From the human T2T-CHM13v2.0 reference genome, Homo sapiens, in assembly GCF_009914755.1 (NCBI RefSeq), contig NC_060936.1: a stretch of 64,000 nucleotides of DNA, one strand, 5' to 3'. Below are positions 38,416 to 61,337 of this stretch, one piece after another. The translations under genes were made by a program, and so were the position numbers. Every line of letters begins with the position of its first letter. Within the stretch, counting starts at the first letter, position 1. The notes beneath the pieces are model-generated. The model did no database searches. It was not told where the DNA came from and saw nothing but the letters and a program-made list of their open reading frames with translations.

Positions 38416-38819
38416 TAGTATTTCTGAATGTAGTCCTTTTCTCAAGGCTCATAATTATATTTAAAATAATTGTTTTCATGTATCAATTAACACATTTTAT
38501 TGCCATTCATACAAATCCTACATTCTCTAAAATTATTTTGAAATGTTTTAGCACCTCCCTTCCTGTCATTGATAAGGCTTTTGGTTTTTGTTTTTAAACA
38601 AGGTATTTTGAATTCTACTTGTTTAAATACATTGTAGAACACAAGTGCTAGAGAGGTAAAACCTAATGTTGATTTGACAGTTAGTTATAGTGAACAATTT
38701 GTTAGAATACTGGCTAATGACGACACAGTTTTTCCTGTTTTGTTTCTTGGCACCAAAGTTCATGGTCAAGGGTAATTTCTTGACTCTGAAAGCTATGCTT
38801 GGCCAGGCTTGGTAGCTCA

Positions 38820-39113
<294 letters not shown>

Positions 39114-40165
39114 TTATGTGTTACACTGAGCCAGGAGTCTCTGCCTGAATTCCAGAGATAGCTTCAAAGAGTCCATGAATCCACTGTGAGTCCAGAATGC
39201 TCCACAGACCTCCAAGGGTCAGTATCCTCACTGCTGTAGATTAGTGCTGTTTTTTTGTTTTGTTTTGTTTTGTTTTTTGAGATGGGAGTCTCACTCTGTT
39301 ACCCGGGCTGGAGTGCAGTGGCATGATCTCAGCTCACTGCAACCTCCACCTCCCAAGCTCAAGCGATCCTCCCACTTTGCCCCCCAAATAGCTGGTACCA
39401 CAGATGCATGCCACTACACTCGCCTAATTTTTATATTTTTTGTAGAGAGGGAGTTTTGCCATGTTGCTCAGGCTAGTCTCAAACTCCTGAGCTCAAGTGA
39501 TCCTGCCTTAGCGTCCCAAAGTGCTGGGATTACAGGTGTGCCCAGCAGCCATATTTCTGACAGTCCAAAATCACAACACCCCTGGGACCAACCAGGATAG
39601 TCTAGGTGGGTTGTTTGTTTTGGCTATTTCACTTAGAGAGTCATTGCATACTGTTATTCAGATTATCTGGCTTTTCATACCCTTCTGAGTTAAGTATACT
39701 ATTTACTTTGTTGCTATTTGTGAATTATCTCATAGTAATATGCTTTTATATTGACTTGGGAAGGGTGTGCTTTGTCTTTATTGTCTTACTCATTTTAATG
39801 AATTGAAAGAGCTGCATTCCTTAACCCATGCTCTACAACTTTGGCCTCTGAAAGGAAATTGCCTTGTCCTATTCTCTCATCCAGAAATTTTTGTTGTTCC
39901 TCCAGAAAAAAAGGATAGTGTTACATATATGCCAGTAAGCCAATTATTTGGGACTGTGTAGTGTTTGTGTGTAAATGGTGTGTGTAAATGATTTAACAGC
40001 TTCCTTAAGTATAGTGTTAAGAAGAGTACAACTCAGAATGAAATGTCTTGGCTATTGGATTTTTTAAAACTTCCTGTTTTGGCCAGGCGTGGTGGCTCAT
40101 GCCTGTAATCCCAGCACTTTGGGAGGCTGAGGTGGGCAGATCATGAGGTCAAGAGATCGAAACTA

Positions 40166-40360
<195 letters not shown>

Positions 40361-41281
40361 TCAAAAAAACAAATTTTCTGTTTTGACACAAATGTTATAC
40401 TATCACAGATGTATTATTTTTTCACTCTGTATACACACATTTTTGTATGAACTGTTGAAGGGTATATTGCAGGCATGATGCCCCTTTAACTCCTAAATAA
40501 CATTTGTTTTATAGTATCAAGGATGTTCTCTTATATAACCTCAGTATGATTATCAGAATTAGGAAATTGATGCAATAGTATGTAAGATCTTATTCAGAAT
40601 TTACCAGTTATCACTTTTTTTGATGAGGGGAAGACAGGGTCTCAATCTGTCACCCAGGCTGGAGTGCAGTGGCACCATCACGGCTCACTGCAGCGTTGAC
40701 CTCCTGGGCTCAAGTGATTCTCCCACCTCAGCCTCCTGAATAACTGGGATCACAGGCATGAGCAACCAAGCTCCTAGCTAAGTTTTGTATTTTTTTGTAG
40801 AGATGGGTCTTGCCCTGTTGCCCAGGCTGGTCTCTCAAACTCCTGGGCTCAGGCAGTCCTGCCTCAGCCTCCCAAAATGCTGGGATTACAGACGTGAGCC
40901 CACTGCGCCTGGCCCACATTTTTTTTAATAGCAAAAAATATTTGAATTAGGGAATTCTGATGGTGATGAAGAAAATAGGTCAGAATGGGGAAGGCTGAAG
41001 ATATAGGGAGGCTATTTTAGTAGTCTAGGCAAGAGATAATGAGGACAGTAACATTAAGAATAATGAAGGAAAGATTTTTGAGTTCATGAATAGTGGCTCT
41101 TAAGCAGGAGTGCACATCACAATCATCTGGGGGCACTCTTTTTAAAAAAGTTTTTGGCAGGTCTCAACCTAGAATATTAACTCTGAATCTCCATTGGGTA
41201 CAGAGTTCTGATCGTGAGTAGTTCAAAGAGTGAGCCTCTGACTTAGTTACAAAACAGCAGATTTGTTTTGTTTTGTTTTGA

Positions 41282-41386
<105 letters not shown>

Positions 41387-42018
41387 TGAAAAACTGGGAT
41401 CACAGGCATGAGCCACCATGTACCTGGCTAAGTTTTGTATTTTTTTTGTAGAGATGGGTCTTGCCATGTTGCTCAGGCTTGTCTCTCAAACTCCTGGGCT
41501 CAGGCAGTCCTGCCTCAGCCTCCCAAGTAGCTGGGATTACAGGCATGCGCCATCATGCCCAGCTAATTTTGTATTTTTAGTAGATGTGGGGTTTCTCCAT
41601 GTTGGTCAGGCTGATCTCGAACTCCCGACCTCAGGTGGTCCGCCCGCCTCAGCCTCCCAAAGTGCTGGGATTATAGGAGTGAGCCACCACGCACGGCCTA
41701 AAGCAGCTCCTTCCGTCAGTCTGTCCGTCCGTCTGTCCTTCCTTCCTTCCTCCCCCTTTCCCTCCCCTCCCCTCCCCTCCCCTCCCCTCCTTCTGTCCTC
41801 CCTCTTTTCCTTCTTTCTCGCTCTCTCTTTTTTTTTTTTTTTTTTTTTAACTTGGAGACAGGGGCTTGCTCTCTTGTCCAGGCTACAGTGGAGTAGTGTG
41901 ATCACTGCGACCTCGAACTCCTTGGCTTCAAGGGGGTCCTCCTGCCTCAGCCTCCTGAGTAGCTGGTAATACAGGCACATGACACCATGCCCAGCTTTTT
42001 TTTTTTTTTTTTTTTTAA

Positions 42019-42204
<186 letters not shown>

Positions 42205-43759
42205 TAGCCAGGATGACCTCGTGATCCTCCCGCCTCAGCCTCCCAAAGTGCTGGGATTACTTACAGGTGTGAGCCACCATGCCCGGCCTTTTTTTTTTTT
42301 TTTTTTTAAAGTAAAGATGGGGTCTTGCTTTGTTGTCCAGGCTGGTCTTGAACTTCTGGGCTCAAGCGATCCTCCTCCTCCTGCCTTGGCCTTCCAAAGT
42401 GTTGTAATTACAGGTGTGAGCCACTGTACCTGGCTCAAAGCAACAGATTTTGATAATAGATAGGAGAGTGTGTAAATCAAAGATACTGGCAAGATTTCTA
42501 GTTTACGTGACTGGGTGTGATGATGGTACTCTACTACCTACAGAAGGAAACATTGGAAAGGAGATTGTTTTTCCACAAATATATGTGGTGGGTGAGGTTG
42601 TAGATGACATCACCTAAATATGTGTATGAGATTCTGTTTGATTTTATGCTTACAGTTTCTCCAGCTTCTTCTTGTTTAATTTTTTTAAAAAAATAGAGAC
42701 AGAGTCTAGCTATGTTGCCTAGGCTGGTCTCAAACTCCTGGCCTCAAGTGATCCTCTTGCCTTGGCCTCCCAAAGTTCTGGGATTTACAGGTGTGAGCCA
42801 CTGTGCTCTGCCTTGTTGGGCTGTTTTAGTGTGTTGAGTCTACTTGAAGCCTTAGAGAAATTACCCCCAAAGCCTTTATCCTTAGTTTGCATCAGTAGAT
42901 GGCAATGGTAGACAGCTTCAGAGGAAACTACAACTGTGATACCTCAAAGCACCATCCTTTTTGAAGAAAGAGACAAAAGCCAGCTTCTCTTCAGTTGGTG
43001 ATTCTGGTTTCTCTGTATCTTTGAATCCTGATTCTTGCCAGTCCTTCCCGTCTTTTGTAAGACACTCTAACCTAATTAACTGTGAGAAACTTGGAAGTCA
43101 TCTTGATTTTTTCCCCCCTCTTATCCTCTGATTTGTCCGTAAGGCCACTGATTCTGTCTCCAGAACACACCCAAGTTCGTGAACTCCGTTTCCTTGGTCA
43201 GCACACTAGTCTAGCCATCATCTCACACCGCAGCTGTCATCATCTCCTAACTAGGCTCTGGCTTCCTTTGTTGTCTTCCTCCAGTCCATTCTCCACACAA
43301 GTGCCAGAGTGGTTTCTTAAAGGTTGTGTTATTTATTCATCTGCTAAAAAACCCTTAAGGGACTTCCCCATTGCACTTAAAATACAAAATTCTCTGACCT
43401 GATAAACTTGCATTGTGTGTATGTACCTCCTGCTTTCTTCTATGATTTCATCTTGTGCTGCTCCTTCATGTTGCAGACATCCAGGCCTTTTTTTCAGTTT
43501 TCAGTACCACCAAAGTCACCTTTTTTTGGAAGGTTAGGCAAATTTTATAGAGTTTATTAATTTGCTCAATGCACTGATCTTATGGTGGTGAAGCTTTGAT
43601 TATTACCCTGACCTATCTCGCTTTCTCACACTGAAATTTCATTTTCTATATTGTAATATAGTTTTGTTGTTGCATTTGATAGTTTAGAAAGGACAAATAA
43701 TGTTTGATCTATAGTGTATGTGACTTAAGATTTTCAGTCTAATGGGATTTTCCTTATTT

Positions 43760-43952
43760 ATATTGTGGTAAAGTATACATATTATAAACTTACCCATTTT
43801 AACCATTTTTAAGCGTGCAGTTCTGTGGCATTAAGTACATTCACATTGTTTTGGGACTGTCACCATCCAGAACTTTTATCTTCCCTAACTGAAATGTACA
43901 CCTTAAACACTGACTTCCAGTTCCCCTCTTCCCTGGCCCCTGGCAACCATTC
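43760..43952 (-). mobile_element. L1MB-like 3' end fragment
   Basis: 'ttaaccatttttaagcgtgcagttctgtggcattaagtacattcacattg...cccctggcaacca'. Confidence 0.75.
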
Positions 43953-44223
43953 CCTTTATTTGAATATTCAAAAGACAATGAATTTAATATTCAAAAAAAA
44001 CCTGAGTTTAAATCCCTTAGGTGAATATACTACTACTATAAAGTGGAGTACAAATTTAAATCCATTTTCCTTTCACCTGTTTCTGAATCCTTCATAGATA
44101 GTGCTGATTCTGGTAGTTATTTACCACTTTTTTTCCCCAGCTCTTCCCCCACAGTATGGTAATTGCTAAAAAGCGTATATATTGCTTTGACGTTGGGCTC
44201 TGTTTTTCTTTAATTTTTATTTT

Positions 44224-44231
44224 TATTACTA

Positions 44232-44262
<31 letters not shown>

Positions 44263-44263
44263 T
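44224..44263 (+). repeat. (ATT)n microsatellite in an Alu tail
   Basis: Read directly from the sequence. Confidence 0.9.
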
Positions 44264-45080
44264 TTGAGACAGGGTCTCACTCTGCTGTGCAGGCTGGAAT
44301 GCAGTAGCGTGATCTCGGTTCACTGCAACCTCTGCCTGCCTGTTCAAGTGATTCTTGTGCCTCAGCCTCCCAATTAGCTGGGCTCACCAGCATGCACCAC
44401 CACACCCAGCTGATTTTTGTAGTTGTAGTAGAGATGGGGTTTTGCCATATTGGCCAGGCTGGTCTCAAACTCCTGGCCTCGTGACCCACTCACCTCGGCC
44501 TCCCAAAGTGCTGGGATTACAGGCGTGAGCCACCGTGCCTGGCCTATTATTATTTTAGTTAAGCCCAGCTGTGTGAGACATTGGGCTCTTAAGTGCTGCT
44601 TGCTTTCGTCTTAAATTGTGACCTTTTTAACTGAGTAATGCAGAACAGACATCTAGGTTTAGAATGTATGTGGGCATTTTATTAAATACTGTTGTCATAC
44701 TACTAGGCAGTGAGCACCTTAAGGACAGAACTGTCATATTGACTGTTGTAACGTTATCGTAAGTTCTCTATGAATGAAATTTGAAATCAGAAGTATATGA
44801 TAGGCTCAGCTAATGTAAACATAGTTGCTGTGCAGAACAAACAGTTGAAGTGTATGTGTGTGTTCAATACAATTATTATTATAATATTATACAGACAGAG
44901 TCTTGTTCTGTCACCCAGGCTCTAGTGCAGTGGTGTGATCTCGGCTCACTGCAACCTGTGTACCTCCCAGTTTCAAGTGATTCTCCTGCTTCAGTCTCCC
45001 GAGTAGCTGGGATTACAGGCTTGGGCCATTATGCCTGGCTTGCTTGCTTTTTTGTTTGTTTGTTTGTTTGTTTGTTTTGA

Positions 45081-50030
<4,950 letters not shown>

Positions 50031-50717
50031 GCCTAGTTACAGCTGTAATATTTAGGTTGTCAGTATACTCTGGTGACCTTTCATGGTGTTTGTAAACTTA
50101 TATGCAAATCAGAAATGATAGTTTGCTGGGTTACTAGGACCAGCAGGTCATTGAATTGGGTAAGATATAATTCTAAGGCATTTGCAACTATTATATGGAA
50201 CATTTTGGAAAAGCATACCGTGACTGTATAACCTGGGCCAGATAAATAGGTATTTATTTTATTAAGACTATACACGTTGAGCCTTTTAAACTTCCACCTC
50301 TTTTAGAATTAGTAATCAAATTGACTGTGCAATCTAGCATTTAGCCTGATAATTCAGTTTTGTGAAAACTATAGAGTGAACTTTAATTCTGAATTTTTTC
50401 TTGTCAGTCGAAGGTACTATTTGCGTAGCCTGAAAGATTAAATGGCATAAATTGTGCTTTTAGACATGGTGACTTTTATATTTTCATTTACATTATGAAA
50501 TTGGATGTGAAGGGGTTTTTCAGATGTGTTGGAAAACTGGAGAGTGTTGTAAACTAATTCGAAGCTGAAAATAAAAAAGTACTGACTTAACGATTTTGAT
50601 ATTTGCAGAAAGGAACAGACCTTTTTGTAGTCACTGTTTGGAATGTAAGGGTCATCTCCTGACTTTAAAATTCTTTGTCAGCTTTTGGAAGATATCTGGT
50701 AGGATGGTTCTGGCTGA

Positions 50718-51111
<394 letters not shown>

Positions 51112-51410
51112 TAAATTTTATATGTTGCTATACCAGCTAATCATTCCAAAGAGAAACTGGGTAAGCATACATAGCAAATGCTAATGTGAGTCTTAAGTAT
51201 CTAGAACACAAGAGCCAAATGAAATTGATATGGCAAATAAAAACATGGAGAAAATAACCCACACATAGGCTGTGCTCAGTGGCTCATGCCTGTAATCTCA
51301 GCACTTTTGGGGGAGGCCAAGGCATGCAGATCACTTGAGTCCAGGAGTTTGAGACCAGCCTGGGCAACATAGTAAAACCCCATCCCTACAAAAAATACAA
51401 AAATTAGCTA

Positions 51411-51587
<177 letters not shown>

Positions 51588-51768
51588 TCACCTCTTAAGA
51601 AGCCACAGTAATTCTACATTATCTTAAGGCCAAGAAAATATTTCTCCGGATGGATGGAAACCAAAAGTAGTGAAGTTGTACATAATCTTATAAGAAATGA
51701 ACGTCATTGTTTTTAAGCTTTCTGTATTATCTGCTGACATGAAAGTGAATCAAGCTATAATAGCCTAA

Positions 51769-51954
<186 letters not shown>

Positions 51955-53024
51955 TGAGACAAGGTCTCCCTGTATTACCCAGCCTAGTCTCAAACTCCTG
52001 GGCTCAAGGGATCCTCTTCCCTTGGCCTCCCAAAGTGCTGGGATTACAGGCATGAGCCACCATTCCCAGCTAGAAGTCTTAGTTTTAGAATTTTGGGGCT
52101 TCTAGTATATGCCGCAGGGGTTATTTATTGACTTCTTAAGAACACTGTTTTCAGGGTTGTTTAAAACAAACTTTATGTATCTTGGTAACCCAGGGTTGAT
52201 GAATAGCACCAGGAAATAAATATTCTCAGATGACTTCTGTCTTGTAGTATATACTCTGGAGCGAATCATCTTTTAAGATTTAAGTAGTGGAAGCAACACA
52301 ATCTTAAAATTGCATTTGCTTTAGCACTTGTACAGAAATTGATAATTTTATTTCCTAAAATGAAGACTTAATAGCCAACAGGGTGCCAGCAATTTCAAGA
52401 TTTACTCGGGAATAAAAAGAATAATTCTTAAACTTGACAGCAATTTAAAGGAAGAAAACTTTCAATTTAAAGGAAGGAAACTTTTACTTCAGACAGTTAA
52501 CATGCAGTACTGAGATTTAGTAGCAGGTATAAACTGCTTTTGAAGCAGTTGAGTAAAAGGCAGAGTTGTGAAATAGATGAGTGGATTCATATAAGAACCT
52601 GGATTATGATCCTAGTTCTGCATGACATTGGACTATGTACATTAACCTCTGCAGAATTAGGTAATTGGAGTACTGTTTCAAGGAGCTTTCTTGCTCTAAA
52701 AAGTGTGATTTAGATAGTATGGCCATGAGTCCATGTGGACTTTTTTTTGCTTTTAGAAAGCTGTTGGGGTTGGAATTGACTGGCTTTAAACATTTAGCAA
52801 ACATTAAATGCTCTTTAACACAAAACAGAGTAGTCAGTCTGCTGTAGAGCAGAGGAGTTGGCATACTATCTTTGTGGGTTGGTTGGTTGGTTCGTTTGTT
52901 TATAGACATGAGGTCTCACTGTGTCACTCAGGCTGGTCTTGAACTCCTGGCCTCAAGTGATCCTCCTGCCTTAGCCTGTAATCCCAGGTCTTTGGGAGGC
53001 GGAGGCGGGTGGATCACAAGATCA

Positions 53025-53568
<544 letters not shown>

Positions 53569-53889
53569 TCATGCCAGCACTTTGGGAGGCTGAGACGAGG
53601 TTCACTTGAGCTCAGGAGTTTGAGACCAGCCTGGGCAACATGGAAAGACCCCGTCTCTAAAAAAATAAAAAATGAAAATTTGCTGGGCATGTTGACGTGC
53701 TCCTGTAGTCCCTGCTTCTCGGGAGGCTGAGGTGGGAGGATCAGTTGAGCCTGGGAGGTCAGGGCTGCAGTGAGCTCAGATCGTGCCAGTATGCTCCAGC
53801 CTGGGTGACAGAGTGAGACAGAGTAAAACTCTGTCTCCCAAAAAAAGTTCGGGGGGTGGGGAGCCTTAAGATTTTGCACACTGCTTAGA

Positions 53890-54040
53890 TCAATGTTTCT
53901 CTAACTTCATGTGTGCAGGAATTACCTGGGGATGTTGTTAAAATGTATGTTTTGATTGGTTCAGTCTGAAATGGGGCCTGATTATTCTGCATTTCTAATA
54001 AGCTCCCAGGTCAATAATTTGAGTAGCAAGGCTCTAGAGC
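53890..54040. mobile_element. MER5-family MITE
   Basis: 'gaattacctgggg..ggggcctga..tctgcatttctaataagctcccagg'. Confidence 0.7.
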
Positions 54041-54983
54041 AGATCTTAATCATTTCTAGATCACAGTCCCTTTGAGAATTAATGAAATTTATGGACTTTC
54101 TTCCCCAAAAACATATATTGAAAATCTTGTGTGCAACTTCAGGAGGTTCATTTGTCCTCCTCCTCAGAAAGTCCACCTCAGGATTCTAGCTATTTAGTTT
54201 TGAAAACTGAAGTACAGGCCGGGCATGGTGGCTCATGCCTGTAATCCCAGCAATTTAGGAGGCCAAGGCAGGCGGATCATTTGAGCCCAGGAGTTCGAGA
54301 CCAGCCTGGCCAACACTGTGAAATCCCATCTTCACTAAAAATACAAAAATTACCCGGGTGTGGTGGTGGATGCCTGTAATCCTAGCTACTTGGGTGGCTG
54401 AGGCACGAGAATCGCCTAAACCCAGGAGATGGAAGCTGCAATGAGCCTAGATTGCACAACTGCATTCCACCCTGAGGGACAGAGCGAGACTCTGTTGCAA
54501 AAAAAAAAAAAAAAGAAAACAAAACAAAAAAGAAAAATTGCTTTAGTTGTTCTGTAAATCCTGGAAGCTATACCTCTGTTTCCAAAGCCAAGGTATAAAT
54601 TATTACTCTAGAAAACGGATAAGCAGAAGAGCAAAATAGTCTAAAACAAAAATCAGCATAGAGAGTTTTTGAGTTTGAGAGCCCCTGAGCACTGTCAGAA
54701 TAGCTAAGACATTAAGAACTGTGAGAAATGAGAGTTCTCCTCAACCATCAGACCATGATAGGCCAGTTGATCTTGAAGCCTGACCTGATTTCATGGGGCT
54801 GGCATTTCCTTCCTGATTTCCTGTAATCACCTCCTCTCTACTCCCCATGATTCAGTGGTAGTCACAGTACCAGGAAGTGCCAACCTTTTCATTCTTGCTA
54901 CTGAGATGAAGATTTTGGAAAAAGGAGAAGAAACCATGTGGTTTGGGAACCACCTTTCCTTTTTTTTTTTTTTTTTTTTTTGA

Positions 54984-55142
<159 letters not shown>

Positions 55143-55816
55143 TAGTAGAGATGGGGTTTCACCATGTTAGCCAGGCTGGTCTCAAACTCCTGACCTCAAG
55201 TGCTTCATCTGCCTTGGCCTCCCAAAGTGCTGGGATTACAGGTGTGAGCCACCGCTGCTGGCCATGGGAACCACCTTTCCTAAGCATTAACACCAAACCA
55301 CCTAGATGGGCAGATTTAACTGTGACCAACTTTTATATTAAAAGATAATGGAACTTTTTTTTTTTTTTTTTTTTTTGAGACAAAGTCTCGGCTCTGTCAC
55401 CCAGGCTGGAGAGCAGTGGTGCAATCTTGGACCACTGGAACCTCTGCCTCCTGGGTTCAAGCGATTCTTCTGCCTCAGCTTTCCCATTAGCTGGAATTAC
55501 AGGTGTGCACCACCCCACCTGGCTATTTTGTATTTTTTTTTTAGTAGAGACGGGGTTTCACCATGTTGGCCAGGCTGGTCTTGAACTCCTGACCTCAAGA
55601 GATCCACCCACCGTCAGCCTCCCAAAGTGTTGGGATTACAGGCATGAGCCACTGTGCCCGGCCGATAATGGAACTTTTGAAAACCAAGGGCTTGGTGGCC
55701 GGGTACACTGGCTCATGCCTGTAATCCCAGCACTTTGGAGGCCGAGGCGGGCAGATCACCTGAGGTCAGGAGTTCAAGACTAGCCTGACCAACATGGAGA
55801 AACGCTGTCTCTACTA

Positions 55817-55975
<159 letters not shown>

Positions 55976-56424
55976 TCAAAAAAAGAAAAAAAAAAAAAAA
56001 AGTAAAACAAAGGGCTTGGCATTATCAGTGCCAGAAAAATACAAGATTGAGAGAATGGGGAAACAGGAGGGACATAAACTTGGTGGGAGTATACATTTGT
56101 ATGCAAAAGTAAAAGATAACAGACGAAGATGTTAACCCTGTAACACCGTAAAAGGAAATGTTAGAAATAACTAGATAGCCATAAAAATAGAGGATGATTC
56201 ATTTAGTTCATGGTATGGTTGTGAAATACTGTGGCCTTGAACAAGTACCTTTTAGTGTCTCATTTTCCTCATCTATAAACAGGGAGGGAGTAAAGATAAT
56301 AGATCCCTCCTTAGAGTTGTGAAGATTGAATTAGTAACCTGTGAAGCTGTTCCAGCAGTACCTGGTCTAGAAATAATAGTCTCAAAATTTCATTGCTTAT
56401 TATTACTATACAGCCACTTTTTAA

Positions 56425-56721
<297 letters not shown>

Positions 56722-57444
56722 TAGCCAGGATGATCTCGTTCTCCTGACCTTGTGATCCGCCTGCCTCAGCCTTCCAGAGTGCTGGGATTACAGGCGTGAG
56801 CCATCGCGCCCGGCAATATACTGTTAACTGTATATATATCTGTTGAAAGAGGGGAAGAAGAATGGTGTTTGACCTTTTAAACGTGCATTTTTCTTTTGTG
56901 ATAAAAATCTCTGTTGGTAGGTAGGCTGGAGTACTCTAACATTGCTTAGTGCATGGTTGCCTTTGCAACATCTAATGAATTGGTTACCTTTCTACCCCCA
57001 TAACTCTAGTAACTGGAAACTTGCTTAATGATCAGTGTCATTTTTTTAGTCAGTTCATTATAAAATATTCCTTATGAGCTAAAATATATTTTGTCTGTTG
57101 TGTATGTTAGCTTTTTTAATTTGGAGCCACATAGAAATCTGATTTATCACCAGTTTAGATCTGAAGGGGAGCTTATGAAACCTTATTTTAGGGGATGAGA
57201 AGACTAAAACTCAGAGTTTGTAACTTATCCAGGAGCATGTGGCAGTTTGTGGCAGTACTAGGACTGTCAAATGTTAGCAGTATAGCGTATCCTAAAATTT
57301 TTATTTTTGGCCGGGTGCGGTGGCTCACGCCTGTAATCCCAGCACTTTGGGAGGCCTAGGTGGGTGGATCACTTGAGGTTGGGAGTTCGAGACCAGCCTG
57401 GCCAACGTGGTGAAACCCCATCTCTACTAAAAATACAAAACTTA

Positions 57445-57771
<327 letters not shown>

Positions 57772-60700
57772 TTAGTCTTAGCATTTGTTTCAAACGCTTT
57801 ACCATCTTGGTAGTTCTCTTTGGTACCCAGATTGAATGCAGTTATGTAAATGGAGTCTGGTTGTCATTCTAGACATTTTTTGTCTTCTGACAGTCTATGG
57901 AAATTTCTTTGGCAGTCTTAATTACTCTACCAGCTAAAACTACAGTCTTTCTTAGGTGTTCTTCCCATCCCCCCATTCCTAAATTTCTAGACTTTTACTG
58001 GCATAGATTATTTTGGTTTTAGTCTAAACGTAGAATTTAAGCAACTACCATTATTGAACCTCATTTAGCTTAACCAAAGCTGTTATCTCTTTGGACCCTG
58101 ATTTTTTATTGTTTCTAGCTTCGTGATGTTCTTCAACTTGGTAATTAGAAGTCTTTTGCTACATGTATACTAAAGGAAATATGTGTGCCAAATGCTTTAT
58201 TCATTGACAGATATTTTATTTGACACCCACTGTGTGCCAGGTATAGTGGTAGGGCTAGGAAATCAGTGATGTCTGAGTGACTCTGCCTTTATGGAGCTTT
58301 TGGTTTTAGTGGGGAAGATTCATGAAGACCATGCGAGTGTAAGGAAAGGACAGGATGCTCTGTGGGCACACAGTGAGGGATGCCAGCCTAATCTGGGAGT
58401 TAGAGGAAAGCCTTACTATTTATGGGAGAAGAAAGGGTATGTGAAGGCCCAGAAACAAGTTAGAGGAACTGAAGAGCATAGTGTGTGATGCTCAGAGGGA
58501 GGTGAGAGGGTGACAGGCAAACAGCACTTGGGTCATGGAGGCTGTTATAAGCCCGGGTTGGGATGCCAAAGAAGCTGTTGAAAGATTTTAAAACAGGAGG
58601 AGATCACGTTTGCCATTTTAAAGACAGTACTGTCTAAGAAACAGATTGGGAGCAAACCACAGTAGTATAATGGGGTATTGTGTAATGTTCCTTCCCTGTT
58701 CACCGTGAGGCCTGGAAGTAGTTTAAAGTAGTCAAGTAGAGCTTCTCAAATGAAGAATTTCATTCAGTCTCTGCTAAACTACAAAATTTATGACTCAAAT
58801 TGGAAACACGGTGAAAATTTTGAGTCACAGTTAAATGTTTAAGTAGTTTAAGATAAATCTGTTATGCCTTGTGTTTCCTAGGAGCCATTTAGATTCAAAA
58901 ACAACAGTGGCATTTAGAAGGTAATTTCTGGTCTTAAATAGTGTTTTTCTTATAAAAGATTTTAATAACTGGTGTTTGCCACAATAAATTAGGTTTTTAA
59001 AATGCATAATACAATTGATTAATAAAAAGGATTTTTTAAAAAAATAATGCTGATTTTTGGTTTGTTTGGGTTTTTTTTTGAGATGGAGTCTCACTGTGTC
59101 ACCCAGGCTGGAGTGCAGTGGCGCAATCTCAGCTCACTGCAACCTCAGCCTCCAAGTAGCTACAATTATAGGCGCCCGCCACCATGCCGGGCTAATTTTT
59201 ATATTTTTAGTAGAGACGGAGTTTCACCATGTTGGCCAGGCTGGTCTCAAACTCCTGACCTCAAATGCTTCGTCCGCCTTGGCCTCCCAAAGTGCTGGGA
59301 TTACAGGTGTGAGCCACCATGCCCGGCTTGAATAATGGTAGTTTTAACCATCAGTATTTATATTTGACATAAGTGGTACAAATAATGTTTCAGTATCATG
59401 GCTTATAAACGTTTGCATGGAGTTCTAAAACGTGGCAAACTGATAATTTAATGAACTCTTACTTGAACTCTTGTGCAAGTATACTGTGAGGATTTTGTTC
59501 TGATTGGAAATCTTTATTGTAATAGCAAATTAAAGAGCTGTGGATTTTCAAGAGCTGAATTTGAAAGGTGTCAGATGTTAAATGGAAGGTAATTCAGAGT
59601 TTATTCTTTTATTGTACCTGCCTCCACCCAAAGAGTCAGAGAAAAACATTTGGAAGAAAAAATTGCAGAGCATCCCTTTGGCAAGAGTAAGAATTTTCCA
59701 CTACCACTTGCCCTAAGAGCATTGACATGCCTCACCAGGGAAATGTTACAGGATGTGATCATCGGAACAGCCTAGCCTGCTCTTCATGCACAAAATCCTT
59801 TGTCTGAAATTCACAGAAGCCTCTCCAGACAAAGGGAAATTGTTGTGTCTTCACTTGAAAAGTATTCGGTGGACCTTTACTTTCATGAACCTTTTAACTC
59901 TAAGAACCTGTTTTCCTAATAGAGTCAACCCTAAATTGACTCTGATATCAACAAAAGGAATGTAACAGTCACACAGCAAGTTAAACAAAGGTTTTCATTA
60001 ATTGAGCTTCCTTAGAGAAGGCTACTTTTACTTCCTAGCCTGAGTTCCTGTGCATAAAATGAAGAGGACATTGGTTGGTCAAGATGATGTGATGGTCCCT
60101 CTAGCTAAGAAAATACTAGAATATGGCAGGTTCGTTGGTTTGTTTTTGAGATGGAGTCTCGCCCTTTCACCCAGGCTGGAGTGGCGCAACTTCGGCTCAC
60201 TGCAACCTCCGCCTCCAAGGCTCAAGCGATAGTCTTGCTTTAGCCTCCCAAGTAGCTGGGATTGCAGGCACCCACCACCACACCCGGCTAATTTTTGTAT
60301 TTTTAGTAGAGATGGGGTTTCATCATCTTGGCCAGGCTGGTCTTGAACTCCTGACCTCAGGTGATCTGCCTGTCTCAGCTTCCCAAAGTTCTGGGATTAC
60401 AGGCATAAGCCACCGTGCCCAGTCTATGGCAGGTTTTTTGGATTTATGTTTCTTCAATATCTTTCTACAAAGATCAGTTTCTAATAGAAGCCAATTAAAC
60501 ATAGAAACTCTAAGGTAGCATATTTCCCAAGTGTTGGGAGGCTTTGGAGCTTTTTAGCTTCGAGTTGGTGTGCCTGATAGATGAGAAACAGCACAACAGA
60601 AAAGCTGTTCATAGGATCCATGACTCTAGCTATTGCATTTTTTCTCTTGCATTAATTTTTCTAGTGTATTTGTAAAACCTTTTTAAAAATATGGATTCTT

Positions 60701-61337
60701 AATTTTAAAATTAACCTGGTGCAATGGCACATGCCCGTAGTCCTAGTTACTTGGGAGGCTGAGGTGGGAAGATGACTTGAGCCCAGGAGTTCAAGGCTGT
60801 AGTTCACCGTGATCACGCCAGTATACTCCAGCCTGGGTGACAGAGTGAGACCCTGTCTGTAAGAATAAAAAATGAAAAAAAAAAAAAAAAAAAAAAAGTG
60901 GATTCCTAGACCCCACTCCAAATGCATTTAATCATACTCTTAAAGAATCTGTAAAAGATCTCCAGATAACTCTTCTTGTCGTTTCTAAATATTTAATTGC
61001 CACTTGATTAGAATGGAAGTTGTAAGATGGAAACATTTAGAACAGCTGTGGTCAGTATTTAAGGGTTTCCCAGGCATTTGACATTTGTTCCTCTAGCATT
61101 TGACATTTAAGGTATTCCTCAGTATTTGGCCAAAAGTTAAATGTGTATCAATACAGTTTCTGCACAGCAAAGAAACACCTTTCATATATTTTAGTAGACC
61201 TTTATAAAGGGAAAGAGTACATGTTGGTTTCCTTATAATGCCAGTATAAATATAATCTTTCATATACATAATATATACTATATTATATATTAATACTATA
61301 TATAATAAATCTATACTACACATATTGTATATTTATA

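Noticed and set aside
59634-59686. Possible 53-nt cryptic exon (aag|...aga|gtaaga) in intron 5
   Set aside because: Weak acceptor; such pairs are common by chance in long introns.
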